Shown: positions 1 to 12,787 of the stretch, piece by piece
How the letters are laid out: every line of letters starts with the position of its first letter
Numbering within the stretch: the first letter of the stretch is position 1
Source of the DNA: Mobula hypostoma
Taxonomy: Eukaryota
Assembly (NCBI RefSeq): GCF_963921235.1
Contig: NC_086107.1
Span: 54,002,001 to 54,066,000, forward strand
DNA length: 64,000 nucleotides
Direction of reading: 5' to 3'
Notes under the pieces: generated by a model
Told to the model about the DNA's origin: nothing
Seen by the model: the letters and a program-made list of their open reading frames with translations, nothing else
The model's database searches: none
Made by a program: the position numbers and the translations under genes

Positions 1-959
1 CTTTCACTGGGCTTGCATGCAAACTTAGCTCGATAGCTATCTAGGCTAACAGCCATAGGACTCAGTGGTGAGAAGGCCACCTTTATAAACAATGTACTTC
101 CAGGGTTGGTGTGATTTGGGATTCAACTAAACAGATGGGATGTTCTAATTAACAGACCCCGATCTGAGTGAATGCTGTGTAAATACTGCCTATACACAAT
201 TATTGGCAAGAAATAACAGATCGTATAGCCGATAAAATTATAAAGAAAGTATATTTGCCAATGTCAGCTTTATCAAACAGTTAAAAGGAAAAAGAAAAGA
301 AAATGGCCCATACAGTTAAACCAGCCCAATGTGCACATAACCATTGGAGCTCATACTGGAGAATTCAGTGGTGTGTCCCTTATTTATGCGCTGGACCAAA
401 GGTCTGTGTGAAAGTACCTGCCACATTCCAAACTTCTCTCTAAGATCATCTGAGCAATCTCTCTCTCCCTCTCCCCCTCCCTGTCTCTCTCTCCCCCCTG
501 TCTCTCTCACTCTCTCTCTCTCGTATTGGCCCTTCCTCCTTGGAGCCATTCATCTGCACAAAGCACTTCCTGCAACAGGGACTCTCCTTCCAACAGCATT
601 CTGTGGTACCTTCCCTTCTGTCCCACCCTGCAGCTCCCAGCTAGAGACCCCAAACTAGATTACTGTCCTTCAGAAAACTCTTCCCCACTGCTCTCTAGAA
701 CCTTCTCTCACATCCCACGATCCTGATTGGCTGACTCACATTCCTAAACTGGACAACATGGGTCCGTATCTTAGCAGAAGCCAAAACACACTTTCCAGTA
801 TGGCACATTGCTTTTACAGAAAATCGCTAATATAAACTACCTCAGAGTGTAGCAGTAGAAATTTTAACCAAGGTACTAAACACAAATTGCAAGAACAACG
901 TCTCATATTCCAGTATGAACAATGAATTTATCAACTTTAGGCTCCCACTCTCACCAAAA

Positions 960-1235
960 ATATTTACTTGTGCACCATTTGCTTACCTTCCCCATCCCCT
1001 GCCCTCAGCTGGTTATCACCTCCTTCCCATCTGGTTACATCCATCAACCCCTATACTAACAGCCCTTCCCCTTGAAGATGCACCCTTTCCTCTTCCTCAA
1101 TCCTGATGCAGTGTTTCCACCCAAAACATTGACTTTGCTTCCTTTCCCTTTGTTCCACAGATGCTGCTCGACTTTCTCAGGCCTTCCAGTGTTGTTTTCT
1201 GTTCCTGATTCCACCACCTGCATTCTTATTTGTCT
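960..1235 (+). mobile_element. Very old Penelope-like 3'UTR remnant
   Basis: Pyrimidine-rich tract, TCCTGATGCA...CAAAACATTGACT, then an AGATGCTGCT tail like other copies. Confidence 0.45.
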
Positions 1236-2768
1236 TTATAATGTGGTTGAACTATATTGGCTTCCCAATCTAAGAAGTAATATTTAAAAATAAAGGAATC
1301 GAGTTTACCTTATTCCTCAGGTTGCTCTCTTTAAGAGCATACTTTTCTAATAATACAGCCCTTTTTCTTTCAAGTAGTGCCCTTTGTTCAGCCTACTCAT
1401 TAATAATTACTTTTTTTTGTAATGTGGAGCCATGGAAAAACACAGATATGCAACCTGATCATCATATCAAAGACTTGTAAATCACATGAGTAACAAAGAT
1501 TTTGTCTACTTTTAACGTTTCTGTTATTGCTACAGACAAATTGACATTTGAAATGCAACTTGCAGTGCTCTTCCTTCTTCCTGACTTTCACTGCACAAGG
1601 CACATCATGTCAAAATATTACATGGCTTGGGATTAACCTGACTGCATTCTGACTAATTTGAGACTGTTCAAGTTCAAGTTCAATTGTCATTCAACATTAC
1701 ACATGTAGCAGCTAAATGAAACGTTGTTCCTCCAGGGCCAAGGTGCAAAAGATAGTACACACAGTCACATTAATAATATTAGGCCAAGTCGCTGAGTGGC
1801 ATGGCCTGAAGTGATGTTGTCCTGGAGCCACATTTCTACAAGAACAAGCCCAGCCACAGGTGGATGCACTAGAGCTTTTCTTCCAGGGAGTGAACACTGG
1901 AGAGAGCAGCACTGACAAGAGAACTGGCCAGCAGAGGCCAGCCAGCAACCCAGCACAAATTCCAATGTATCCGTCGTGCTTGTTCTCTCTCACACCATCT
2001 CCGGCACCTCCTCCCTGGGTGGTTGTAACAGGCAACGCCAGAGCACGAGGGGCAAGTCTGCACAACAACCAAGGCCAAGCAGCCCGCTGTCAATCTCACC
2101 AATGAATCGTACTTGCATTATGTAGGATTATCAACGTCCAACAGGGTCTCGCATCACAAGGAAAATGTTTACGATACAGATTTGCACCATTTGTTGGAAC
2201 TGGAAAGGCTGCTGCGACCAAGCACGCTGCCATCTTACTAGAAGTAATTTGCACGCATACTAAACTCAACAGGAAGAATAAAATTAAAATAAAATTGAAT
2301 ATTGTAGTTAATATTACAGACATTTTTACAATATGTAAATCTGTAATTCCTTTCTTTGTTTAGGTAATTCAAAGATTGTCACACAAGGATGACTTGGCTT
2401 GCAATAAAGCAATACACAAGTTAAATTACTTGGCATTTACAAGCATTTTTGCATGATCTGGTTTACAGATCTGCAATTTCAGCAGATAAATAACAGCCAG
2501 TCAAGCTGCAGTTAACACTAATTCAATAAATATGCCTTGATTCCATTGAATGCTGTACCCAGAACTACTGAACCTTAACATACCTGCACTCCTTTTCTGT
2601 ATCACAATAGACACCCTGAGTCAAATATGGTTCACTGCATTTGAAGCACTGAGATAGTTCTGCGACTTGTTCAGATGCAATGTACATGAAAGACTCTTTA
2701 ATTTTTAATACTTTATTACAAACATGACCTGAGGATTAATTGTCAGTTATACTTTTACATGAACTTAC

Positions 2769-2872
2769 CCTTTTGATTGCCCATTGGCACGGTTTTCAGA
2801 GAACCTGATTTCCAATAGATCCTGCACACCGACCGAATGGACAGCATCTGCCACATCCTGATCAGTTGTCCA
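2769..2872 (-). CDS. CPSF7: CPSF7 coding exon 3, WTTDQDVADAVHSVGVQDLLEIRFSENRANGQSKG (RRM); later exons lie outside the window
   Basis: Acceptor atttcattcag|TGG, donor GG|GTAAGT, 104 nt. ENRANGQSKG is a hallmark of the CPSF6/7 RRM. Confidence 0.93.
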
Positions 2873-3016
2873 CTGAATGAAATAAAACAAAGGGTTAGAA
2901 GGACACTAATGAAGAATAACCAAAGGATAAGAATTTTTAGTATTTTCTCAATCATTTCAAAAGCCTGTCTAATCCCATTATCCATCACAGTGATGAATCA
3001 CTGTTTATTAATTAAA

Positions 3017-3329
3017 GCAACACACATCAAAGTTGCTGGTGAACGCAGCAGGCCAGGCAGCATCTCTAGGAAGAGGTACAGTCGACATTTCAGGCCGAGA
3101 CCCTTCATCAGGACTGGGAAGAGGTACAGTTGACGCTTCAGGCCGACACCCTTTGAAGGTCTCAGCCTGAAGCGTCGACTGTACCTCTTCCCAGTCCTGA
3201 TGAAGGGTCTCGGCCTGAAATGTCGACTGTACCTCTTCCTAGAGATGCTGCCTGGCCTGCTGCGTTCACCAGCAACTTTGATGTGTGTTGCTTGAATTTC
3301 CAGCATCTGCAGAATTCCTGTTGTTTGCG
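3017..3329 (+). mobile_element. Fold-back Penelope-like 3'-end insertion A (arms about 140 bp)
   Basis: 3015-3153 is the reverse complement of 3156-3293. TSD TTATTAATTAAA at 3005-3016 and 3330-3341. Sequence shared with elements B and C. Confidence 0.88.
3192..3229 (+). ncRNA. Minimal hammerhead motif with mutated stem III (mirror copy on minus strand at 3079-3116)
   Basis: CAGTC-CTGATGA-AGGGTCTCGGCCT-GAAATGTC-GACTG. Confidence 0.62.
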
Positions 3330-5451
3330 TTATTAATTAAATGTTATTTACAACCTCTATATCAAAGTTATATGGTAGATACCAGCTTGGATCCAAGCTA
3401 TGTCCAACTATGTGAAACTCATGAACATGCCTTGTAATAATCACTCCATTTTCCTCTTCGAACATATGTTGTTGCCTGATTTGCTGATTATTCCTTTTCC
3501 CTGTTTTCATTCATTCCATTCTATTTGCATCTCTTCCAGACAGATCAAATGAGATTAATAATCCTTCTCTCTCTCTCTCTCTCAGCAGTGCTGCCACCGC
3601 TTGCAACCCAGCCTCTTTTATCTCCACCCCATAGCTTTGTTCTCGACGGATTACCCTTCTCTGCACCTTAAAGCATCTTTGATTTCATTTAGTTCTGCTG
3701 GAGCATTATTGTTGTGAAATATTAACTCCGTTTCTCTCACTCACTGGTGTTGCCCAACCTGCTCAGTATTTCCAGTATGTTTCCATTTTATTACTGAAAG
3801 GCAGGCTGCAAGAACCCTGTGCTCTGTTTATTCTCATTTATTAAGTTCTTTTTTTCCAAACACCGATTTGTAATGACCAGAAATAACTCCATGATTTATG
3901 TCAGAACAAACGCTACATGCAAATTCAGCCACAAATAACAATTAAAGATGCATTTTTTTGACAAGGCAGATCAAGATCCTATACCCCCGTGCACATCTTG
4001 AATAAAAGTACCATTTAGTTCAGAGACAATATTATTCGTTATAAGTAACAATTTTGCAAATGCCTACATCAATGCAAATCACATTTTCCTCTGGCTGGCC
4101 TGTTACATATTAGTCAGCAAAAGCAGGAAAGGAGCTAGAAGTCAGACACTGGTACAAGATGTCACTGCTGACCCCTTGTATGAGGCTTTGTTAGTGGTCT
4201 TAGCAATCTTCATTTTCAAAAAGGACTGATGTACAAAGTGCCGAGTCAACACTCCATATCCAGATCAGTATCACCCAGCTTAATTTATCTGTAACTCCAC
4301 AAATTCAAAAAACAAAATAGCAAGTTCCTTTCTGTAACCTGTGATTTTCTACATCACTTCAGAATTTTAAAAAATGGACATTAATATCATTTTTATACGA
4401 ATTAAAATCTATCTGAAATGAGGCAAGTTCAGCTGGCATTTGAAACTGTGTTATCAGACTAATCATTAATTCTCATCCCACATTTCCTCCCATGATCAAT
4501 AAATCCTACATCGTAAGAATCAAACAATGTAATAACATCTCTTCCATGATGCATTAAGCTCTGTGCACAAACAGTGTGTGATTTTTCTTTGAAAGCTATC
4601 AATTAAACAAAACTGGCTTTATACAATTTTCACTTTTAAAACGCTGGTTTGATTTTACTTCGTTTCCACCAGGGTTGTCAATCACTGTTAACTTGAGTGA
4701 TTTCAAAGAGGGATGGAAGACATGATAAAATGGGATTTAAAGAGCAGGAGGTGGTGGGGGAGAAACGGGGAGTGGAAGAGCAGCTGCACTAAGAGACATA
4801 AAAAAGTACCTTCAAGTCTACAATTCTGGTAAATGGGATGAACATACGTATGATTAGCATGGATATAGTGGGCTGAAGGGCCTGTTTCACCTGGTATGAT
4901 CTAAACTGACTCCTCAGATTGGTAGAAATAATACATTCAGTTAAGTGTATTATAAGTTATATGCATATTCTAGTAAACTCCCATTAAAAAGTGCTAGAAT
5001 TATAGGTTTATGATTTCAGTTGCCACCATCTTGAAGTTAGAGAGCTGTGGAAGATTGTGAATTGAGTATCTGGAATGTTCTTACCCATTTCCCCTAGTGC
5101 AGATGAAACTCATCAGACCATCTCCATTTTGCCTGCCTGATCATTCAAAAACACAGATAAGTGGATAAAAGGCAAAACTCCCACGCACTATTTCTTGCCA
5201 TTTTGTTTGTATTTCTGCTCTGAACACTATTCATGTACCCCCATTTATAAAACTTTTCTTGTTTTTTTTCTTCAGTTTCTGCATAAATTTCACATTATTT
5301 GAAGATTTACCTTGAATATACTATTGTTATAGATGATGCCAATTCCAATGCTTGCTGCCACCTCTGTTTCACTATATGTTTAATGCCTTATAAAGTTGTG
5401 CAAATGTCTAAGTCCCCATCTTGGGAACATAGAGTACCTGTATATGTTTAA

Positions 5452-5662
5452 ACGCAAACAACAGGAATTCTGCAGATGCTGGAAATTCAAGCAACACACA
5501 TAAAAGTTGCTGGTGAACGCAGCAGGTCAGGCAGCATCTCTAGGAAGAGGTGCAGTCGATGTTTCAGGCCGAGACCCAGGGTCTTGGCCTGAAACATCGA
5601 CTGCACCTCTTCCTAGAGATGCTGCCTGACCTGCTGCGTTCACCAGCAACTTTTATGTGTGT
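5452..5662 (-). mobile_element. Fold-back Penelope-like 3'-end insertion B (arms about 85 bp, 1-nt loop)
   Basis: Palindrome centred on 5578. 17-bp TSD TACCTGTATATGTTTAA at 5435-5451 and 5663-5679. Confidence 0.88.
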
Positions 5663-6079
5663 TACCTGTATATGTTTAATGCCTTATAAAGCTGTGCAAA
5701 GTCTGACTCTCCTCTCTGGGAACTAAAAATACTTTAGCACAATTCTGCAGGTCATAGAAATTCCTTAGTGTTCTTGTCAGTTATTAATTCTTCAAACAAA
5801 TGATGATATTGTCATGTACCTCATTGCTACTTATATTTAAATTGGCTGCATAATTTCCTAACATTACAACTTTTCAAAAGGCAATTATTTGCCAAAAAGA
5901 GTTTGGAATTTTAAGATTATGAAATGTACTTTTTAAATTTATGTCCTTTTGTATCACAACACCAAGGACAAGGAAATTTTTAACGACTCTTTGCAATTGA
6001 TTCAGGGCGCACATACCCAGTAATACATTCACCAATCTTAAACACTTACACAATACTATAGAGCAGAGGTAGTGTAGAC

Positions 6080-8550
6080 CAGTAGTTCCTAAACTTTTTT
6101 GGATTACCAATTCCATGGCTCCCCGACCACATCCCCAGTGCCCACCTCTCACTTTCTAGCCATTACATAAAAACTATAAAGGATTTTGATTTACAATGAC
6201 AGTGAAAGAAAAGAGGAACTGTAAATTGAAAGCAGTGACAAATCATTGCAAACATTATTCAAATCTATTTAAAACTACAAATAAAATTATTTCTTTATTT
6301 AATTACAGTAATAACAATTGTTAGCAACAATTTTAGAGCATACATTAGTCCAACTATTCGCTACTTCATTGCTTTTTCACCCTTCAATGAGATGCAAGGG
6401 CTTGCTGGAGTGATATCAGCTTCTCAACATCAGGCTGAATGTCACTCAGTAGTCTCAGATCCCACTGTTGAGTAATTTGTAGTCTGTTTCATTGCTTTGA
6501 AAGAAGTTGGGTGACTGAACTGAAACCGCGCTCTGCTAAATATGATGTTGGAAAGGCAATAAAGAAATTTCCACAGTGCAGAATGACAGTCAGTGATTTT
6601 ATTTCTGTAACCAAAAGTCTTAATATGACTTTTTCAACCTCTGCTTCACCTGAGTCATTTTGTAGTGAGATCATTTCTTCCTCCATCGTTCCTGTTAATT
6701 CCTCATTACAAGTGTTCAGGAATAGATTTATTACCCACTCTGAAATTTGGACTGAGAGAAGATCCTGAAATCTCTCTGACGTGTCTTTATGCAGCTCACC
6801 CAGGTTGGCACAGTACACTTGAAGATCATCATCTGTTATTCTTTCTTCCTCTTCCAAATCACAGAGACTCAGAAATGGGAAAAGGTCAGGATGGCCAATG
6901 TTGCACATAAATAGAGTAACTTGGACAGAAACATGGAGATGGTTGATTTGATTTTGTTAAGATGCACATCATTTCCTTGCAATTGAAGATTGATTTCATT
7001 AAACTTTGCAAATAATTCAAAACGCGCATAAAAGCCTCTCAAGCAGTTTCATTTTGAGAGCCACCTGACTTCTGTGTGTCTGAACTGTTTTTCCTTCCCA
7101 ATATTAATGTCTAGAAACAGTTAAGAATTAAAAGCATGGGACTTTATTTTATTTAACAGTATGATAACAATACTTAATGATCTGAGCAGCTGATCACTTA
7201 GGTTTTCTGCAACAATTTCTTTTCTGTGAATTACACAGCTTTTTTCAATAAAGTAATAACCCCTCAATCTGTTGCATAAGCAAGACTATTAGTGAGCATA
7301 ACAACCTTCTCTTTGGAAAATTGCCCAACCTGAAATATTGACTCCCCTTTCTTATCTTTTTCTAGTCCCCTTGCAAATAACAATTCTTGAACCATGCTTT
7401 CATCTTTTATGAAACGAATATAACCAAGAAGCAAAAATTCATTGCCTGGCAATGTTGATTCATTCAACTGCAGAGCAATTTCTGTTGTTCTAAGTATGTT
7501 GCAAAATGTGTCTTCCACATTCTCAGACACTTCATCTATTCGTCTTTGTCACTGAGCAGAATTGCTTTAATTATTTGGTCTAGTGACTTATCTCCCTTAC
7601 TGCTGGCAGTGTCAGTTCTTCTCCAATCGTATGGGGCATTTCAGATTTAGCAATGAAATGTTGCATGAAGCAAACAAACCATTACTGTTTTGCTGTGAAG
7701 AGCTGGTAAATGTATTTTGAAGTTTTTTTTGTTTCTGAAAATAAGCCAAGTTATCAGAGTTATCATAGCGTATTCTCTTCAAATGTCATGGAGCCTGGAC
7801 GGTTTCATTGTCTCATTTGAAAAAAAAACTTCCAAAAATCACATTGGCTGTTGTTTGTTACTTAATGCTGGTATAAATCCACATTTCAGATACTCCACAC
7901 CATACTGTCTACACTTTTTTTGTTTGGTCTGCTTCTGCCATTTTTGCTATGGATTAACAAGCATGGTCAATTGCCTATTGTTTAAATCCAACCTTAAGCA
8001 CTGTGATCAATAAAGGAGAAAGTTATGACATCATCATAGCTCTGCTTGAAGGTAAGGGCAGCAATATCTCAAGAAGGTCAGATTCTGAACTTTACCTCAT
8101 TGAACACCATTCACTAAATTGCAAGAATTACATCACTGCGTGATTAGTATATGGGAATCATAGTAGCTAACACTGTACTACAGTAGTGAATGGCACTAAA
8201 TAAGCGAGTCGAGCCTGGAAATAACACAAATCCTCCAGTCCACATTGCTCATGATATGCCAAATACAGAAGTGTCACATTGCTTTTGAACAACTATAACA
8301 CGCTTCAAGCAAAGTCTAAGAGAATGGAGGGTTAGCAAGCAATGAGGTGATTACATGATCATTGCAATCAATCATAAGGCACTGAGGATCAAATGTTTAG
8401 AATAAGTAATTAATTTCTTAAACTAAGCCAGTTATCCCTCAGCTGCCCCCCTATCTACTGAGCACCCTCCCACCTCTACCTTTTATCGCCCCCTTAGAAA
8501 TTCCCACTGACCACAGGCAGGGGGGATACTGCCCGTTTTGGGAACCTCTG
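6080..8550 (-). mobile_element. hAT DNA transposon, Buster/Charlie type (SCAND3/ZBED5-like transposase), degenerate but both ends present
   Basis: TIRs CAGTAGTTCCTAAAC / CAGAGGTTCCCAAAA. 8-bp flanks GTGTAGAC / GTCTAGAG with central TA. Motifs RQYGVEYLKCGF, ALQLNEST, FPTSYLAERGFS. Confidence 0.85.
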
Positions 8551-8726
8551 GTCTAGAGTAAGTTGTGTTTTATAATATACGGGTATCACATCAGGTAAGC
8601 TTTGTTTACTTTGGTGAACTTGACAGCATGACACTACTGATCTTTCTGACTGGTAGTCCTCAGTTGGTTAAAATTGCTCATAATGTTTCATTCGCCATGA
8701 ATCTCAACACTGGCACTTTCCAGAGC

Positions 8727-9262
8727 AACGCACACAAAATGCTGGATGAGTTCAACACATTAGGCAGCATCTAAGGAAATGAATAAACATTTGATGTTTC
8801 AAGCCAAGACCCATCATCAGGATTGGAAAGGAAGGGGGGAAGATGCTGGGTTAAGAGTGTGAGGGGACGAAAAGAAGTACAAGCTAGAAGATGATAGGTG
8901 AAACCAGTTGGGTGGAGGAAGGGAGGGATGACACAAGAAGCTGGGAAGTGATAGGGCTGGAGAAGAAGGAATCTGATAAGAGAGGAAAGTGGACTACAGC
9001 AGAAAGGGAAGGAGGAGGGCCACTGGGGGAGGTGATAGGCGGGTGAGAAGAGGTAAGGGGGGACCAGAGTGGGGATTGTAGAAGAGGAAAGGGGGTTAGA
9101 GGAAAAAAATACTGCAAATTGGAGAAAACAATGTCCGTGCATCAGGTTGGAGGCTACCTGGATGATATTTGAGGTAACGTTCCTCCAACCTGAGAGTGGC
9201 CTCATCGTGGCAGAAGTGGAGGCCACAGACCAACATGTTGGAATGGGAAGGGGACTGGGGAT
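8727..9262 (-). mobile_element. Older Penelope-like 3' fragment (ORF end, pyrimidine-rich UTR, decayed hammerhead)
   Basis: Similar to the 27350-27560 and 55915-56450 sequences; CCTGATGA...GAAACATC remnant at about 8790-8825. Confidence 0.7.
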
Positions 9263-9289
9263 TGAAATTAGAGATGTGCTCAAACCCCT

Positions 9290-10060
9290 ATTCTACTCCT
9301 TGTATACCCATGACTATGCGGACAGATATAGCATCAATTTGATCTTTTAAGTGAAAATAGACCAGATGAACAATGATGAGATAGGTAAATAGTGCTTGGT
9401 GTCAGAACAGCCTAGCTCATAATAACGTGCTAGTCACTGTCTTAGGAAATGGAGGGATTCTGGGGGCGTATACAATCCTGTCTTCATCAATAGAGCTGCT
9501 CCAGTGATGGATGACAACCTGGGTGACCATTTCACCAGCAATCTCACTTTGTCCCTCCTCACTGATGTGATGATCAAGAAAGAGCATCAGCAGTTTTACT
9601 TCCTTTGGTATCAGAGAAAATACAGCTTATCCACTAGGACCCTCTCAAACTTCTACAGATGCACAATAGAAAGTATACTGGCGTGTTGTATTTCAGCTTG
9701 GTAAGGCAACTGCTCAGCTCTGGACGGATGGAACTGAATGGTAAATGCTGCCCAGTCTGTCACAGGCTCGTCACTTCTACCCAGTCCATCTTCAATGGTT
9801 CTTTGCTTCAGGAAAGCTAATAATATTGTCAAGGATGCCCCTACCATCCTGGCCAGTCCACTATTTCTCTTGTACCTTCTGGGAGAAAATAGAAAGCATG
9901 CAAGTCCAAACGTTCAGCTGCTTCCTCACTGTCATCAGACTCCCAAAACAATCACCTGTTTAATATCCCCTTCCCAGTGGCGTTGCCACATTCTTGGAGT
10001 CATAATCCTATCCTTCGCAGTTATTCTGTTATTGTCATTTTAACATTTCTTTTTGCACTA
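9290..10060 (+). mobile_element. Decayed Rex1/Babar-type LINE 3' part
   Basis: TLSNFYRCTIESILACCISAW motif, shared with the 58458 ORF. Confidence 0.65.
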
Positions 10061-10079
10061 CTTCAAATTGTAATCTTTT

Positions 10080-11310
10080 CTTGACCAAGATCTTTACATC
10101 CTCTCTAGCCATAAAGGTCATTGAGGACTGGTGAGTAGCTAATATTGTTAATTTATTCAAAGAAAACATTGATTTTATTAAGGCATTTGTCAAGGTCCCT
10201 CACAGTGGGCTCATCCAGATAATTAGATGTATGGCAGGCATGGTGATGAAACAGTTTTAATTCAGAATTGGCATGCCTACGAAAGACAAAGGGCAGTGGT
10301 CAATGGGCGCTGATCAATGTCCGTGGTGTTCTACAGGAATCTGCACTGGGACCTCTGCTGTTTGATAAATACAAATGACCTGGAGGGAAATGTGGATGGG
10401 TGGGTTACTAAGTTTGCAGATGGCGGTATAGTGTAGGACACTGCCAAATAATATAACAGGATATAGATCAATTACAGCTATGGACAGAGAAATGGCAGAG
10501 AGTTTAATGCAGACAAGTATGAGATGTTGCACATCAGGAAACCAAATGTAAAAGGGAAGTACACAGTTAATAGCAGGATCCTTGTCAGCACTGATGTACA
10601 GAGGGATATTGGAATCCAGATCCATTGTTCTCCAAAAATAGCTGCACAGGTTGACAGAGTGGTAACAGCAGCATATAGCATGCTTGCCTTTAATAGTTGA
10701 AGAAGTCTGTTCAAGAATTAGGAAATTAAATTGCAGCTTTATAAAACTCCCATTAGGACACATCTCGAGTACTGCATTCAGTTCTAGTTGCCCCATTATG
10801 GGAAGGATGTGAACACTTTGGAGAAAGTGCAGAAGATGCTTACCAGGGTACTGCCTGGATTAGAGACACGTTGGAAAAACTAGTGTTGTTTTCTCTGGAA
10901 TAGCAAAGTCTGAGGGGAGGCGTGATAGAAATTTATAAAATAATGAGATGCATTGATAGACAGGCAGTATCCTTTAACTGATGGTTGAAATGTTTAATAC
11001 AGGAGAGCATGTGTTTAAAGTGAGAGGGAGAATATTCAAAAGATAAGGATGGGGTAAGTTTTTTTTAAGAACAGTGATGGATGCATGGAATGTGCTGTAA
11101 GGGGCGGAGGTGGAAGCAGAAGCACATATGATGGAGGTAATTAAGAAGTTCTTAGATAAACACATGAATATATAGAGAATGGAAAAATATAGACCATATG
11201 TGAGTCAAAAGGTGTCGATTAATGAGGCATCATTAGCATAGTTAATGTGGCACAACATCTCAGACTGAACAGCCTGTTCCTGGGCTGTACTGTTCAAAAT
11301 TCAATGTTCT
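10080..11310 (+). mobile_element. Decayed CR1 LINE RT and 3' end
   Basis: KFAD, HLEYCIQF and RVLPGL-like remnants homologous to the 13676 ORF. Confidence 0.72.
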
Positions 11311-12014
11311 TAATCAAACTGTGATCTGATACAGAGTCAAAGTATCGATATCCCAGATCTTAAACTTTCCTCAGAAAACATAGTTCAATTTGAAAAGTTT
11401 AAGAAAAATTCAGGGAAGGTGTAACCATATTTTCAAGTAGAAAGTGAGTAGGGACAGTGTAAATTACATTACTATGCATATCATTGACCTAAATAGCTTT
11501 CCAGTTGTAGCTTATTTCATATGATCTCACCCAAAGCCAAGATACCTGACAGACAATTTCAACCTGCCACTCAAGTAACCCAAGGACAGAGGAATCTCTT
11601 TAATTACCATAATGGACTTAGAGACCAGGGTTTTCTTTGTACTCTTTGAAAGCATCAAAAATGATTTTGAGAAATGATTAAGGGTTTAGGTACAGTCCAT
11701 GTGGATTTGTACGAAACAAGTAGTTAGATAGCACCAGAGGACATTTATAAAATGATACAACAGATTAGATATTGGGAATATTACCTTTGAAAGAAGTTGC
11801 CAGCTGATGCAGTATGGGGGTTTATTGTGATTGATTGGAAGGTACGAGTAAAATGCAAATAAAAATAAGGGTGAATATATTATTTTGCACCATGTTGACA
11901 AAGGGCAGCTCGGTGGACCCGTTGGCCATTATGTTTACTTTTTTTACTTGTTTCCATGTTTGCTGGAAAATAAATTCCTGATAAGGAGAATTTATTTAAC
12001 TTTTCAAATAAACA

Positions 12015-12215
12015 ATGGGGGTGTAGCAGTTAGCATAAATGCTTTTACAGCACTGGTGACCTGGGTTCAATTCCATCGTTGTTTGTGTGGGTTTGTACGT
12101 TCCAAAAGACTTGTGAGTTAGTATGTTAATTTGTCACATTTTTATCTCGGGGCAGGGGGGGCGCGGGCTAGTTGGGCCAGAAAGACCTGTTACCGTGCTG
12201 TTGTCTCTCTAAATA
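12015..12215 (+). mobile_element. tRNA-derived SINE
   Basis: A-box-like TAGCAGTTAGC, B-box GGTTCAATTCC, LINE-like tail ending TCTCTAAATAAA. Confidence 0.6.
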
Positions 12216-12577
12216 AATTAAAATAATTCTGTGTAATGTAAGCACAAGCCAACAACTTCACCCTCCTTGTTAGCATGAATTAGATTCTTTGCTTTCAGAG
12301 GTAACGGGCAGGATGACAGATAACAAATTAGTGGGAATCATTTGACAAAATAGGATTAAGTGCACTTGAACAGCAAGAACAACCGAGATCATTAATGTTC
12401 AAGCAGTTGCCTAAAGCATGAAAAGCAGAAAAACTGAGCTGATCTAGGCAAATTAGGGATAACACCAGAAAAATAGTTACTCCATTCAGAAACCTTTCAG
12501 TCTGCCAAAATGCAGCTGTCATCCTTTAAATATATAGCAATGTACATTAAAATAACACCAGGTTCGGATTCACTCAC

Positions 12578-12787
12578 CCACGTGAGGTTTCCCACATAGA
12601 CAGCTTGCCGTTTGCCTCCATATGTGTAAACTATAGTTGGCCTGGTAGTGTTTTCTGTTTTCTTTGGCTCGCCAGGTGTCCGTGGTAATATCTCTTCATA
12701 ACTTTGATCTTCATGGTTATTACTATCGGCCGCTGCTATTACATCGTCATAAAGGTCAACTTGATCATTTGCAACATAATCAGTCTC
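12578..12787 (-). CDS. CPSF7: CPSF7 coding exon 2, ETDYVANDQVDLYDDVI...KRQAVYVGNLTW (start of RRM)
   Basis: Acceptor ttctttcag|GAG, donor TGG|GTGAGT, 210 nt, phase 0/0. Carries the DLYDDV and VYVGNLTW motifs of the CPSF6/7 family. Confidence 0.93.

Noticed and set aside
1-880. Possible LTR-like repeat with a CT microsatellite and short ORFs
   Set aside because: The left boundary is outside the window, no termini or TSD could be verified, and the ORFs are low-complexity.
1309-1392. Minus-strand 84-nt AG...GT segment reading AEQRALLERKRAVLLEKYALKESNLRNK, a candidate CPSF7 exon 4
   Set aside because: No similarity to the expected RRM continuation, no polypyrimidine tract, and after phase-2 exon 3 it reads into a stop. 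Probably chance; a poison exon cannot be supported without RNA data.
3005-5679. Palindromes as sequencing or assembly fold-back artefacts, or as MITEs
   Set aside because: Each has a unique TSD, asymmetric ends and small arm mismatches. The sequence is a retroelement 3' end rather than a TIR, and TSD length varies.
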